A DNA stretch of 64,000 bases from Macrostomum lignano (Eukaryota). The translations under genes were made by a program, and so were the position numbers. The notes under the pieces are model-generated. The model was not told the origin of the DNA. It saw only the letters and a list, made by a program, of their open reading frames with translations, and searched no databases. This document shows, piece by piece, positions 52,931-64,000 of the stretch. Each line of letters opens with the position of its first letter. Within the stretch, counting starts at the first letter, position 1. The stretch covers positions 1-64,000 of the forward strand of contig NIVC01002658.1 of assembly GCA_002269645.1 (NCBI GenBank). Direction: 5' to 3'.

Positions 52931-53779
52931 CCTACTGACTCTATAGCATAGTACAGAGCCTCTCTGACCCACAGAGGGTTGCAGAAGTTTGCAGACTCCA
53001 TGCTCATAGATTACTCAAAGCTGACAAACGATAGAGGTCCAGAAACACCAATAACCCCAATAAATATAAAACTATTAGCACTACAAATGAAATATGAACC
53101 AGATTTGACATTTGACATACAAGGATCCAAATTCATAATGCCAAAATGAAAGTTTCCCCTAAATCGAATTCTCTATAAATAAATAAAAATAAAAGCAGAA
53201 ACTTGTGCTACACAAATAAATTTCCAATAAGCGTTTGTTGTCGTATTTTCGAATTTAATTCAGCCAAGGAATAATAAAAAATATAGTATTACGAGCATAT
53301 AGCATTAATTATAAGCAGTGTCAGGCCGAAACGCTTAGTATATCATAACAAAAATACTGTGCAAGCATCGCATTAAACAAATATGAAAATCGGGGGTTAT
53401 AAAGGAAGCAGTCAGCTCTTTCTCTTGTCGCTCACTGTATACGAGAAGCATCCGTTTTGGCAAATAACAGCAGTATGTACTGTGAAACAGCTCGGCGCAG
53501 AATAGGAGTTTTTCTATCAATATAGGGATATAAAAATACCGTACATTGAACACAAAACTACTGCAACACTGACGGCATCATATTGCATAGAGAAAAGCCA
53601 GAACAATAGACTGGATACACACTGCCGCTTGCAGAGATAGAAATCAAAATCACACTTCTTTTTCGATTTTTAAGCTACATATTTAATGCGTAATGATTAA
53701 AAGTTTTAATTTATTAAAAATTAAAAAACGCCCGATATTACTATTAGTAATAGAATAGTAGTCTATCGGTGTGATCAAT

Positions 53780-54945
53780 CACTGTGAGAGATTGGGAGTG
53801 GCTGGGTGAGACTGAGAGAGATTGGGAGAGTGACTGGGTGAGACTGAGGGAGATTAGAGAGAGTGACTGGGGGAGTCTGAGAGACATTGGGAGAGTGACT
53901 GGGTGAGACAGAGAGACTGGGAGAGTGACTGGGTGAGACTGATAGAGATTTGGAGAGTGACTGGGTGAGACTGAGAGAGATTAGAGAGAGTGACTGGGGG
54001 AGTCTGAAAGAGAGATTGGGAGAGTGACTGGGTGAGACAGAGAGACTGGGAGAGTGACTGGGTGAGACTGATAGAGATTGGGAGAGTGACTGGGTGAGAC
54101 CGAGAGAGACTGGGAGAGTGACTGGGTGAGATTAAGATAGAATGGGAGAGTGACTGGGTAAGACTGAGAGAGATTGGGAGAGTGACTGGGTGAGACTGAG
54201 AGAGATTGGGAGAGTGACTGGGTGAGACTGAGAGAGATTAGAGAGAGTGACTGGGTGAGACTGAGAGAGATTAGAGAGAGTGACTGGGTGAGACTGAGAG
54301 ATATTGGGAGAGTGACTGGGTGAGCTGAAAGAGACTGGGAGAGTGACTGGGTGAGACTGAGAGAGACTGGGAGAGTGACTGGGTGAGACTGAGAGATATT
54401 GGGAGAGTGACTGGGTGAGACTGAGAGAGACTGGGAGAGTGACTGGGTGAGACTGAGAGAGATTAGAGAGAGTGACTGGGTGAGACTGAGAGAGATTGAG
54501 AGAGTGACTGGGTGAGACTGAGAGAGACTGGGAGAGTGACTGGGTGAGACAGAGAGATTGGGAGAGTGACTGGGTGAGACTGAAAGAGAGATTGGGAGAG
54601 TGACAGGGTGAGACAGAGAGATTGGGAGAGTGACTGGGTGAGACTGAGAGATATTGGGAGAGTGACTGGGTGAGACTGAAAGAGAGATTGGGAGAGTGAC
54701 TGGGTGAGACTGAGAGAGACTGGGAGAGTGACTGGGTGAGACAGAGAGATTGGGAGAGTGACTGGGTGAGACTGAAAGAGAGATTGGGAGAGTGACAGGG
54801 TGAGACAGAGAGATTGGGAGAGTGACTGGGTGAGACTGAGAGATATTGGGAGAGTGACTGGGTGAGACTGAAAGAGAGATTGGGAGAGTGACTGGGTGAG
54901 ACTGAAAGAGAGATTGGGAGAGTGACTGGGCGAGTCTGAGAGGCA
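53780..54945. repeat. About 30-33-bp purine-rich minisatellite between STAMBP and GAPVD1
   Basis: GGGAGAGTGACTGGGTGAGACTGAGAGAGATT repeated. Confidence 0.95.
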
Positions 54946-55138
54946 GGGTGAGGCTCTACAAGAGTCTCTAGCCCAAAATGCTTGAGTACATCTGGATAGC
55001 TAGCAAATCAGTATCCGTTAGAATTAATCGAACTCAGCAGGTTAAGCCATTCAGAGGTAGGCTTCAACAACACCGATATGTGTTGAAACAAACTATTCCG
55101 AAGGCAACACAATCCAAACGGAGCAGGCCCAGATGTAT

Positions 55139-57917
55139 TCAGCGCAAATCGTGCACCTTAAGATCGCCCTCGGGCGCATCAATGGCGTGCTTGGCCCGCT
55201 CAAACAGGGGCGGATGCTCCTGATGCGGGTGGAAGCCCTTGCCAGAGCAGCGGCTGAGATAGTCCAGGCCGTGCTGGGTCAGGGTGAACGTAGCCGTGTC
55301 GCCGAATTTCGGCGCGCACACAACGGCAACAGCTTCGGGCAGCATGAGCTGATAGGACAGGTGAGTGTGCAGGTCGATGCTAGATAGGAAAGCAGTCTGA
55401 GTAGGGTGCGTGTGCACCCAGCCGAGGGTGACCAGGTCGAACCTGTCCAGCACGCCGAAGATCTCCTCCTCGCCGCTGGTGGTGCAGGAGTCCGAAGTTC
55501 CGCTCTGCTTCGGCAGCACCAAGTCTGTGACGGCCAGGGCGCCGTCTCTCACAGAGCCGCAGAGAATGCCGCAGGTCTCCTTATTAGCGGCGGTGTTGCT
55601 GTCGGCCAGGCGGAGAAATCTCAGGCCGAGCTGGGCCGGCAGCACCAGAGTGCGCAGCGAACCAACGCCCGAATGGCTGCCCCAGCTGCTGTCAGAGAGG
55701 CCGAAGTCCTCCGACAGGCTGGGCGGTGCAATGGTCGACGAGGACGCATCGGCACCGCTGTACGGCGGCGGCGGCGCGCTCGGTTCAACAGGCGGCAGGA
55801 TCTCCTCGGCCTGTTTGGCAGCAACGGCATTCGCCCTGGCGGCCTCGGCAGCTTCGGCTTCGGCCTTGGCTTTGGCGTGCTCGGCGGCGAACTGGTCTAA
55901 CAGGAGGCGCTTGATGCGCTCGGCCTCGCTTAGAGCGGTTTTGCATTCGAGCCTGAGCAAGGAGCAAAGTTTTTGTCTTTTTTGAACAATATTTTTTCAT
56001 CTACTCGTAAAAGGACTTGAGTGCACATCTGCGCATAAGCTACTTTCAGTTCAGTAGGCAGTTCAAATAGAAGCATTTTAACGTATTTTAAGACGAGACT
56101 CATTTATTGGCCCTCTTAGCCCCGCCCCCCCCCGCTGAATTTTATTGCCCATATCAGAGTGGCAGCCTAAAGCTGGCATGTACATTCTCAGTGGCTCTGG
56201 CTGGCTAATGTACATTACGGCTGCACCAATAGCCATTTGTGTTGGCGTCTGCGAGTCACCAACTGCCTTCCTTTTCATAGAATAGCTCACGCATTCTGCC
56301 TTGCTACTGAGCTGAAAGAAAGCTTTTAGCAATTGCCAGTGTGCCCGAGTGGCCCATCCAGTTATTAGTGTGCTCGGGATACTCTAATTAAGTACTCGTG
56401 CATTGAAGGACCTGAGAGAATATTGGGTAGTCTGAAAGAACACTGGAGAACCTGAGAGAACATTGGGTAGCCTAAGAGAACACTGGGTAGTCTGAGAGAA
56501 CATTAGGTAGCCTGAGAGAACATTAGGTAGCCTGAGAGAACACAGGGTAGCCTGAGAGAACACAGGGTAGCCTGAGAGAACATTGGGTAGCCTGAGAGAA
56601 CACTGGGTAGCCTGAGAGAACATTGGGTAGCCTGAGAGAACACTGGGTAGCCTGAGAGAACATTGGGTAGCCTGAGAGAACACTGGGTAGCCTGAGAGAA
56701 CATTGGGTAGCCTGAGAGAACACTGGGTAGCCTGAGAGAACACTGGGTAGCCTGAGAGAACACTGGGTAGCCTGAGAGAACATTAGGTAGCCTGAGAGAA
56801 CACAGGGTAGCCTGAGAGAACACAGGGTAGCCTGAGAGAACATTGGGTAGCCTGAGAGAACACTGGGTAGCCTGAGAGAACATTGGGTAGCCTGAGAGAA
56901 CACTGGGTAGCCTGAGAGAACACTGGGTAGCCTGAGAGAACACTGGGTAGCCTGAGAGAACATTAGGTAGCCTGAGAGAACACAGGGTAGCCTGAGAGAA
57001 CACAGGGTAGCCTGAGAGAACATTGGGTAGCCTGAGAGAACATTGGGTAGCCTGAGAGAACACTGGGTAGCCTGAGAGAACACTGGGTAGCCTGAGAGAA
57101 CATTGGGTAGCCTGAGAGAACACTGGGTAGCCTGAGAGAACACTGGGTAGCCTGAGAGAACACTGGGTAGCCTGAGAGAATACTGGATAGCCTGAGAGAA
57201 CATTGGGTAGCCTGAGAGAACACTGGGTAGCCTGAGAGAACACTGGGTAGCCTGAGAGAACACTGGGTAGCCTGAGAGAACATTGGGTAGCCTGAGAGAA
57301 CACTGGGTAGCCTGAGAGAACATTGGGTAGCCTGACAGAACACAAGGTAGCCTGAGAGAACATTGGGTAGCCTGAGAGAACACTGGGTAGCCTGAGAGAA
57401 CATTGGGTAGCCTGACAGAACACAAGGTAGCCTGAGAGAACACTGGGTAGCCTGAGAGAACATTGGGTAGCCTGACAGAACACAAGGTAGCCTGAGAGAA
57501 CATTGGGTAGCCTGAGAGAACCTTATAAGAATCCGTCAATCTAGATAGTACTTTTAGGAAACTGGGAAAACATAAAAGAAATGGGAGATTTATCAATCAA
57601 TAACCAAATTATTGCACTTCAGAGAAAAAAGCAGCATGTCGCCAATACCTTGCATTCTTCTTCAAATGCTCCGGTGCAGCAGCAAATCCAGGATGCTTGG
57701 GAAGTTTGTCCAGCACCATGATGGCGAACTTGGAGAACAGCACGTAGGCATTCTGCAGCTCCTTAGTCCGCACGTACATCCTAGCCATTCGCATCATTTC
57801 AACGCCCGATCTTAGATATTTCTCAACGCCAATCTCTTTTTGAATTGCGAAACTCTCAGCTGAGCTCATTAGGCGGCGAAGTCGCTGCTGCGGCTCCATG
57901 GCGGCTTCGTTTGGCAT
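55139..57917 (-). CDS. STAMBP: STAM-binding protein / AMSH JAMM deubiquitinase, 2 exons, about 360 aa
   Basis: Exons 57917-57649 (MIT/USP8-dimer-like: KYLRSGVEMMRMA..AYVLFSKF..KLPKHP) and 55952-55139 (ETCGILCG..PKQSGTSDSC..LGWVHTHPTQTAFLSSIDLHTH.SYQLMLPEAVAVVCAPK..CSGKGFHPH). The JAMM motif is intact. Confidence 0.95.
56410..57520. repeat. 20-bp minisatellite, about 55 copies, STAMBP intron
   Basis: GTAGCCTGAGAGAACA(C/T)TGG repeated. Confidence 0.95.
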
Positions 57918-58192
57918 GGCAGATGCCGCCTGCCCTGGCAGAAATGCAACAATAGCCGTGTGCCGTTAGTTTGCATTGGGGGGGGGGGGGGGGGCTGCAG
58001 GCGCTGCCGCAGATAGATCAAGGCTACAGTTGACCTGTAGGCAGCAAGGGGCTGCCCGATGAAAACGCTACCTAGGCCAAGAAGCATCTCTTATTAGTGT
58101 GAAATGTTTACTTAACTAACTAGCCTGATGGCCTGCTCATCATGTGCTCAGATAGTGGTCTTCGTTTTTTATTGCTTCAGTGATAATATACT

Positions 58193-58492
58193 TATAATAA
58201 TTGATTCACACCTGCCCTGATTGGGTCAGATGTGCAACCGACAGCTCAGCCGCAGCTATTTGCGCAGATCATCTGAAGGCTGTGTATGGCTGTTCAGTCC
58301 AAGGACTAGGGTGTCGCCACACACCCCCTCAATTACCCCAGTTAATGCTGGCACCCATTTTACAGCTGGATGAACTGAAGCAATGCAGAGTTAAGTGTCT
58401 TACTCAAGGACACAAATTGTTTTGAGTGGGTCGAGAATCGAACCCCCGACCTTCAAGTCGTGAGTCCGACGCTCTAACCACTAGACTACAAC
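58193..58492 (-). mobile_element. tRNA-derived SINE with Deu/Nin-like central domain, copy 2
   Basis: Aligns end to end with copy 1 with scattered substitutions and has the same boxes and tail. Confidence 0.82.
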
Positions 58493-60265
58493 CTCCTCAC
58501 TAGGCTACAACCCCTCACTAGGCTGCAACCTCCTCACTAGGCTACAACCCCCTCTCTAGGCTACAAACCCCTCTCTAGGCTACAAACCCCTCTCTAGGCT
58601 ACAACCCCCTCTCTAGGCTACAAACCCCTCTCTAGGCTACAACCCCCTCTCTAGGCTACAAACCCCTCTCTAGGCTACAACCCCCTCTCTAGGCTACAAA
58701 CCCCTCTCTAGGCTACAAACCCCTCTCTAGGCTACAACCCCCTCACTAGGCTACAACCCCCTCTCTAGGCTACAACCCCCTCTCTAGGCTACAAACCCCT
58801 CTCTAGGCTACAACCCCCTCACTAGGCTACAACCCCCTCTCTAGGCTACAACCCCCTCTCTAGGCTACAACCCCCTCACTAGGCTACAACCCCCTCACTA
58901 GGCTACAACCTCCTCACTAGGCTGCAACCTCCTCACTAGGCTACAACCCCCTCACTAGGCTACAACCTCCTCACTAGGCTACAACCTCCTCACTAGGCTA
59001 CAACCTCCTCAATAGACTACAACCTCCTCACTAGACTACAACCTCCTCACTAGGCTACAACCTTCTCACTAGGCTACAACCTCCTCACTAGGCTACAACC
59101 TCCTCACTAGGCTACAACCTTCTCACTAGGCTACAACCTCCTCACTAGGCTACAACCTCCTCACTAGGCTACAACCTCCTCACTAGGCTACAACCCCCTC
59201 ACTAGGCTACAACCTCCTCACTAGGCTACAACCTCCTCACTAGGCTACAACCCCCTCTCTAGGCTACAACCCCCTCTCTAGGCTACAACCTCCTCACTAG
59301 GCTACAACCTCCTCACTAGGCTACAACCCCCTCACTAGGCTACAACCTCCTCACTAGGCTACAACCTCCTCACTAGGCTACAACCCCTCACTAGGCTGCA
59401 ACCTCCTCACTAGGCTACAACCCTTTCTCTAGGCTACAAACCCCTCTCTAGGCTACAACCCCCTCACTAGGCTACAACCCCCTCTCTAGGCTACAACCCC
59501 CTCTCTAGGCTACAACCCCCTCACTAGGCTACAACCCCCTCACTAGGCTACAACCTCCTCACTAGGCTACAACCTCCTCACTAGGCTACAACCCCTCACT
59601 AGGCTGCAACCTCCTCACTAGGCTACAACCCCCTCACTAGGCTACAAACCCCTCTCTAGGCTACAACCCCCTCACTAGGCTATAACCTCCTCACTAGGCT
59701 ACAACCCCCTCACTAGGCTACAACCTCCTCACTAGGCTACAACCTCCTCACTAGGCTACAACCCCTCACTAGGCTGCAACCTCCTCACTAGGCTACAACC
59801 CCCTCTCTAGGCTACAACCCCCTCTCTAGGCTACAACCTCCTCAACCTCCTCACTAGGCTACAACCTCCTCACTAGGCTACAACCTCCTCACTAGGCTAC
59901 AACCTCCTCACTAGACTACAACCTCCTCACTAGGCTACAACCTCCTCACTAGACTACAACCTCCTCACTAGGCTACAACCTCCTCACTAGGCTACAACCT
60001 CCTCACTAGGCTACAACCTTCTCACTAGGCTACAACCTCCTCACTAGACTACAACCTCCTCACTAGGCTACAACCTTCTCACTAGGCTACAACCTCCTCA
60101 CTAGGCTACAACCCCCTCACTAGGCTACAACCTCCTCACTAGGCTACAACCTCCTCACTAGGCTACAACCTCCTCAATAGACTACAACCTCCTCACTAGA
60201 CTACAACCTCCTCACTAGGCTACAACCTTCTCACTAGGCTACAACCTCCTCACTAGGCTATAACC
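58490..60265. repeat. 19-bp minisatellite, about 90 copies, continuous with the SINE head
   Basis: CCTCCTCACTAGGCTACAA repeated. Confidence 0.95.
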
Positions 60266-60394
60266 TTCTTCAGTGATGCTTCAGTGCACATCGCTACTAT
60301 AACTACCCCGACTCATCAGGTGCTTAACCAATGAAAATGGTACCCAGGCCAAGAAGCGCCCTACCCGTTGCAAAACGATACCGTGACAAGAATC

Positions 60395-60940
60395 GCTAAA
60401 AAGTCGTTAAAAACAACTCTCTTGTGACGCTAGCGACTCTGGGGCGACTCTTGTGACTTAAATGTGTCTAATGCGACGGAGAGGCAGCTGTTGCATTACA
60501 AGCGCATCACGTGAGTTGCAGAATCGTTAAAGAGTCGCGAAAGAGTCATCCAAGAGTCGTTGTGTTGGCGCTTAACTTTCGCTGAATATTCGACTCTAAT
60601 TCGTCAGCCGAAGCAAATGCACTTCAAACACAACTCAAATACGACTCTATGGCCCGAGTGTCGTTATACCGTCGCGCCAGAGTCGTTTTAGAGTCGCAGA
60701 CTATAAAAACGCTTCAAAATGACTCTTGGGCGACTCTTTGACGACTTGTTGGCGACATTTACCATGACAACTCGTCGGTTCAGAGTCACTTCTTTCCTTT
60801 TTTTACCTGTGTTACCTGCAACGACTCTCGGTTTTTCATCGGGTCAGGGTCACCTCTCCATCGCATTAAAGCCGTTTGAGTCGTTAAAAAGTCACAAGAG
60901 TCGCTAGAGTCACGAGTGAGTTGTTTTCATTGACTCTTTA
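60395..60940. mobile_element. MITE-like element rich in GAGTC/GACTC motifs
   Basis: AAAACAACTC..GTGAC.CTAGCGACTCT at the left is inverted at 60890-60930; many internal CGACTC/GAGTCG repeats occur in both orientations. Confidence 0.55.
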
Positions 60941-60984
60941 GTCAGCGATTCTATATTGATTATTTAATCTGTCTGTCTGTCTGT

Positions 60985-61540
60985 CCAGGTATGCAAAGGT
61001 CTCTGTGGTAGCTATGGGGCACATTGGTATGTGCAGGTCTGCTTCCGGTACAGGTATGCAAAGGTCTCTGTTGTAGCTATGGGACACATTGGTATGTGCA
61101 GGTCTGCTTCCGGTACAGGTATACAAAGATCTCTGTGGTAGCTACGGGACACATTGGTATGTGCAGGTCTGCTTCCGGTACAGGTATGCAAAGGTCTCTG
61201 TGGTAGCTATGGGACACATTGGTATGTGCAGGTCTGCTTCCGGTACAGGTATGCAAAGGTCTCTGTGGTAGCTATGGGACACATTGGTATGTGCAGGTCT
61301 GCTTCCGGTACAGGTATGAAAAGGTCTCTGTGGTAGCTATGGGACACATTGGTATGTGCAGGTCTGCTTCCGGTACAGGTATGCAAAGGTCTCTGTGGTA
61401 GCTATGGGACACATTGGTATGTGCAGGTCTGCTTCCGGTACAGGTATGCAAAGGTCTCTGTGGTAGCTATGGGACACATTGGTATGTGCAGGTCTGCTTC
61501 CGGTACAGGTATGCAAAGATCTCTGTGGTAGCTATGGGAC
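60985..61540. repeat. 65-bp tandem repeat, about 8.5 copies
   Basis: CAGGTATGCAAAGGTCTCTGTGGTAGCTATGGGACACATTGGTATGTGCAGGTCTGCTTCCGGTA. Confidence 0.95.
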
Positions 61541-62024
61541 TGAACACGAGACAATAAGACTAGATTACTATTAAAAATCAAGCAGAAAAGAGCTAAACAG
61601 ACAAACCGAAGAGCAAAATTCGTTCAATTTATAATTTTTGCAATTTATATTGAAATCACAAGCTGAGAATTCCAATGGGAATGCATCAAGCCGATGGGGC
61701 ACGAGTTACACCAATAGCGATAGATGAAACAATGGATAAATCAATAATCTGAGTGAGGGAATTCCAAGTGTGACTACTCGCTAAATCAACATAGAGATGG
61801 GAGATGCAACGATCGAACTCATAATGCCCGAGATGAAAAATTATATAATTACAGCACTGAACACCGACTTCAAACCTACAGTTAATAAATATGTATGATT
61901 GTTCCGGCACCAAAAAAACATACCATTTATATCTTGAATCTGACAACTAGTCTACAGCAATCAATATACTCAATTATTATACTCAATCAAAGTACTTAAT
62001 CAATATGTTACACATAAAATTTTA

Positions 62025-62032
62025 TCTGTCTA

Positions 62033-62085
<53 letters not shown>

Positions 62086-62094
62086 GTGTCCTAG

Positions 62095-62173
<79 letters not shown>

Positions 62174-62182
62174 GTGTCCTAG

Positions 62183-62233
<51 letters not shown>

Positions 62234-62265
62234 GTGTCCTAGTGTCTGTCTGTCTGTCTGTCTGC
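62025..62265. repeat. (TCTG)n microsatellite with three TGTGTCCTAG interruptions
   Basis: Direct inspection. Confidence 0.95.
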
Positions 62266-62927
62266 TTGCACCGCAGAAGGAACCCCTGGTGCATTTTATG
62301 CTTGAGCAGCAAAGCAAAAGACACGCTAAAACAAGTTGACCGCATAAAAAAACGGCATGTAAAAAAACTTTATAGAAGTGGACAGCAACAAAGAACAAAA
62401 AATGGATACACAAGAGCCAACAATAACTCAAAAGCCACTTAAGCACACAAAATTGCATCTTTGCAGAAAAAGTGGCTGACTAGTTAAAGTTCAATATTAG
62501 AAGACAAACGAATTCTAATCAGATTACACCAAAGTAAACCATAGTTTTTATAAACAGAATCGAATAAATTTTAAAGTAAAATTTTATTATGCCAATTAGC
62601 ATTTTTGATGAAGAGAAAAGTACGGAAACGATAGGATACGGTAGATTCGTAAGATTATCAGAGATTAGATTCACCAGAACCAGAGAAATACATCAATGGG
62701 AGTACCCTATATGCACAGTGAGTTATAAATCAGGTAACAGGGCATGCTATCGCAACATACGAGTAAATCGCACACTTTCTAACAAATCTTATCACTGATA
62801 TAAAATACGAGCATAGGAGCGCTCGTATAAGCCAGAGAATGCAAAATACACTGCAGTTTTATTGATGATAAATGCAAAAATCTACTAAAACATATTTTAA
62901 ACAAAACGCGTTGTTTATTCGAGGTGC

Positions 62928-64000
62928 CTAGTTCTCCGAGCTGGCGGCAGGTGAGCTGCTAGGAGCAGCAGTGGCGGCATCAGCATTGCTGCTAGGAGCA
63001 GCAGCGGCGGCATCAGCATTGCTGCTAGGAGCAGCAGCGGCAGCATCATCATTGCTGCTAGAAGCAGCAGCGGCAGCATCATCATTGCTGCTAGGAGCAG
63101 AAGCGGCAGCATCAGCATTGCTGCTAGGAGCAGCAGCGGCAGCATCATCATTGCTGCTAGGAGCAGCAGCGGCAGCATCATCATTGCTGCTAGGAGCAGC
63201 AGCGGCAGTATCATCATTGCTGCTAGGAGCAGAAGCGGCAGCATCATCATTGCTGCTAGGAGCAGAAGCGGCAGCATCATCATTGCTGCTAGGAGCAGAA
63301 GCGGCAGCATCAGCATTGCTGCTAGAAGCAGCAGCGGCAGCATCATCATTGCTGCTAGGAGCAGAAGCGGCAGCATCAGCATTGCTGCTAGAAGCAGCAG
63401 CGGCAGCATCATCATTGCTGCTAGGAGCAGAAGCGGCAGCATCAGCATTGCTGCTAGAAGCAGCAGCGGCAGCATCATCATTGCTGCTAGGAGCAGAAGC
63501 GGCAGCATCAGCATTGCTGCTAGAAGCAGCAGCGGCAGCATCATCATTGCTGCTAGGAGCAGAAGCGGCAGCATCAGCATTGCTGCTAGAAGCAGCAGCG
63601 GCAGCATCATCATTGCTGCTAGGAGCAGAAGCGGCAGCATCAGCATTGCTGCTAGAAGCAGCAGCGGCAGCATCATCATTGCTGCTAGGAGCAGAAGCGG
63701 CAGCATCAGCATTGCTGGCGGCAGGTGAGCTGCTAGGAGCAGCAGCAGTGGCATTAGCCTTGCTGGCTAAAGAAACGCCATTGCAAGCGGTGTCGCCTTT
63801 AGGGTCAACAGTGCATTTGGAGACAGTTGCCGCGGCGGCCTCAGAGGCGGCCTGCTCAACAAACAGGTCGATTCGATCAGCTTCGGCGGGGCTCAGCAGG
63901 CAGGTCTCGGTGAAGGTTGCGGTGGCGGCAGCTGTAGCGGCGGCGGAGCCGGATGCACGAGACGGCCGGCCAACCAGGCTAGCGGCGGCGATGCGGCAGC
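62928..64000 (-). CDS. 3' terminal coding exon (partial, open at right edge) of an Ala/Ser/Asp-rich protein with about 24 tandem 11-aa repeats (PSSNDDAAAAA and variants)
   Basis: The frame ..RIAAASLVGRPSRASGSAAATAAATATFTETCLLSPAEADRIDLFVEQ..SKANATAAAPSSSPAAS(NADAAASAPSS/NDDAAAAASSS)n..SSEN* is open from the window edge to TAG at 62930-62928, followed by AATAAA at 62919-62914. The Leu-rich frame in the ORF track is closed by TAG just upstream of its ATG. Confidence 0.72.
   Translation of the reverse strand, partial: CRIAAASLVGRPSRASGSAAATAAATATFTETCLLSPAEADRIDLFVEQAASEAAAATVSKCTVDPKGDTACNGVSLASKANATAAAPSSSPAASNADAAASAPSSNDDAAAAASSSNADAAASAPSSNDDAAAAASSSNADAAASAPSSNDDAAAAASSSNADAAASAPSSNDDAAAAASSSNADAAASAPSSNDDAAAAASSSNADAAASAPSSNDDAAAAASSSNADAAASAPSSNDDAAASAPSSNDDAAASAPSSNDDTAAAAPSSNDDAAAAAPSSNDDAAAAAPSSNADAAASAPSSNDDAAAAASSSNDDAAAAAPSSNADAAAAAPSSNADAATAAPSSSPAASSEN

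Noticed and set aside
60985-61540. Regularly spaced repeats as a CRISPR array (also 52706-52930)
   Set aside because: Units are head-to-tail with no unique spacers, no cas genes are present, and the context is eukaryotic.
62915-63754. 279-aa Leu/Met/Ala hydrophobic repeat ORF in the track
   Set aside because: It is an alternative frame of the 33-nt coding repeat, closed by TAG just upstream, whereas the NDDAAA frame continues through unique coding-like sequence to the window edge.

Overview
Eukaryotic (metazoan) genomic DNA. GC-rich, Ala/Gly/Gln-rich exons sit in AT-rich spacers and many introns are filled by minisatellites, a style that most resembles the flatworm Macrostomum lignano (inference only). 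I assembled these spliced genes by hand: an NPHP1 (nephrocystin-1)-like gene (-) head-to-head with a Tectonic gene (+), an intronless acidic orphan ORF (-), SOSS-B/NABP (+), dynein light intermediate chain (+), GAPVD1/RME-6 (-), STAMBP/AMSH (-), and the 3' end of a gene with an 11-aa Ala/Ser/Asp repeat that runs off the right edge and is absent from the ORF track in its likely true frame. Mobile DNA includes a D,D34D mariner split by a 5'-truncated RT-RNaseH LINE (14-bp TSD), a four-level nest of palindromic MITE/hAT/foldback/9-bp-TSD elements, a long-TIR mariner derivative, two copies of a tRNA-headed Deu/Nin-like SINE (one of which seeded a 1.8-kb minisatellite) and LTR remnants. About 15 tandem arrays generate most of the spurious ORFs in the track. 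No CRISPR, rRNA or true tRNA genes were seen. All family assignments are from recalled motifs, not database searches.
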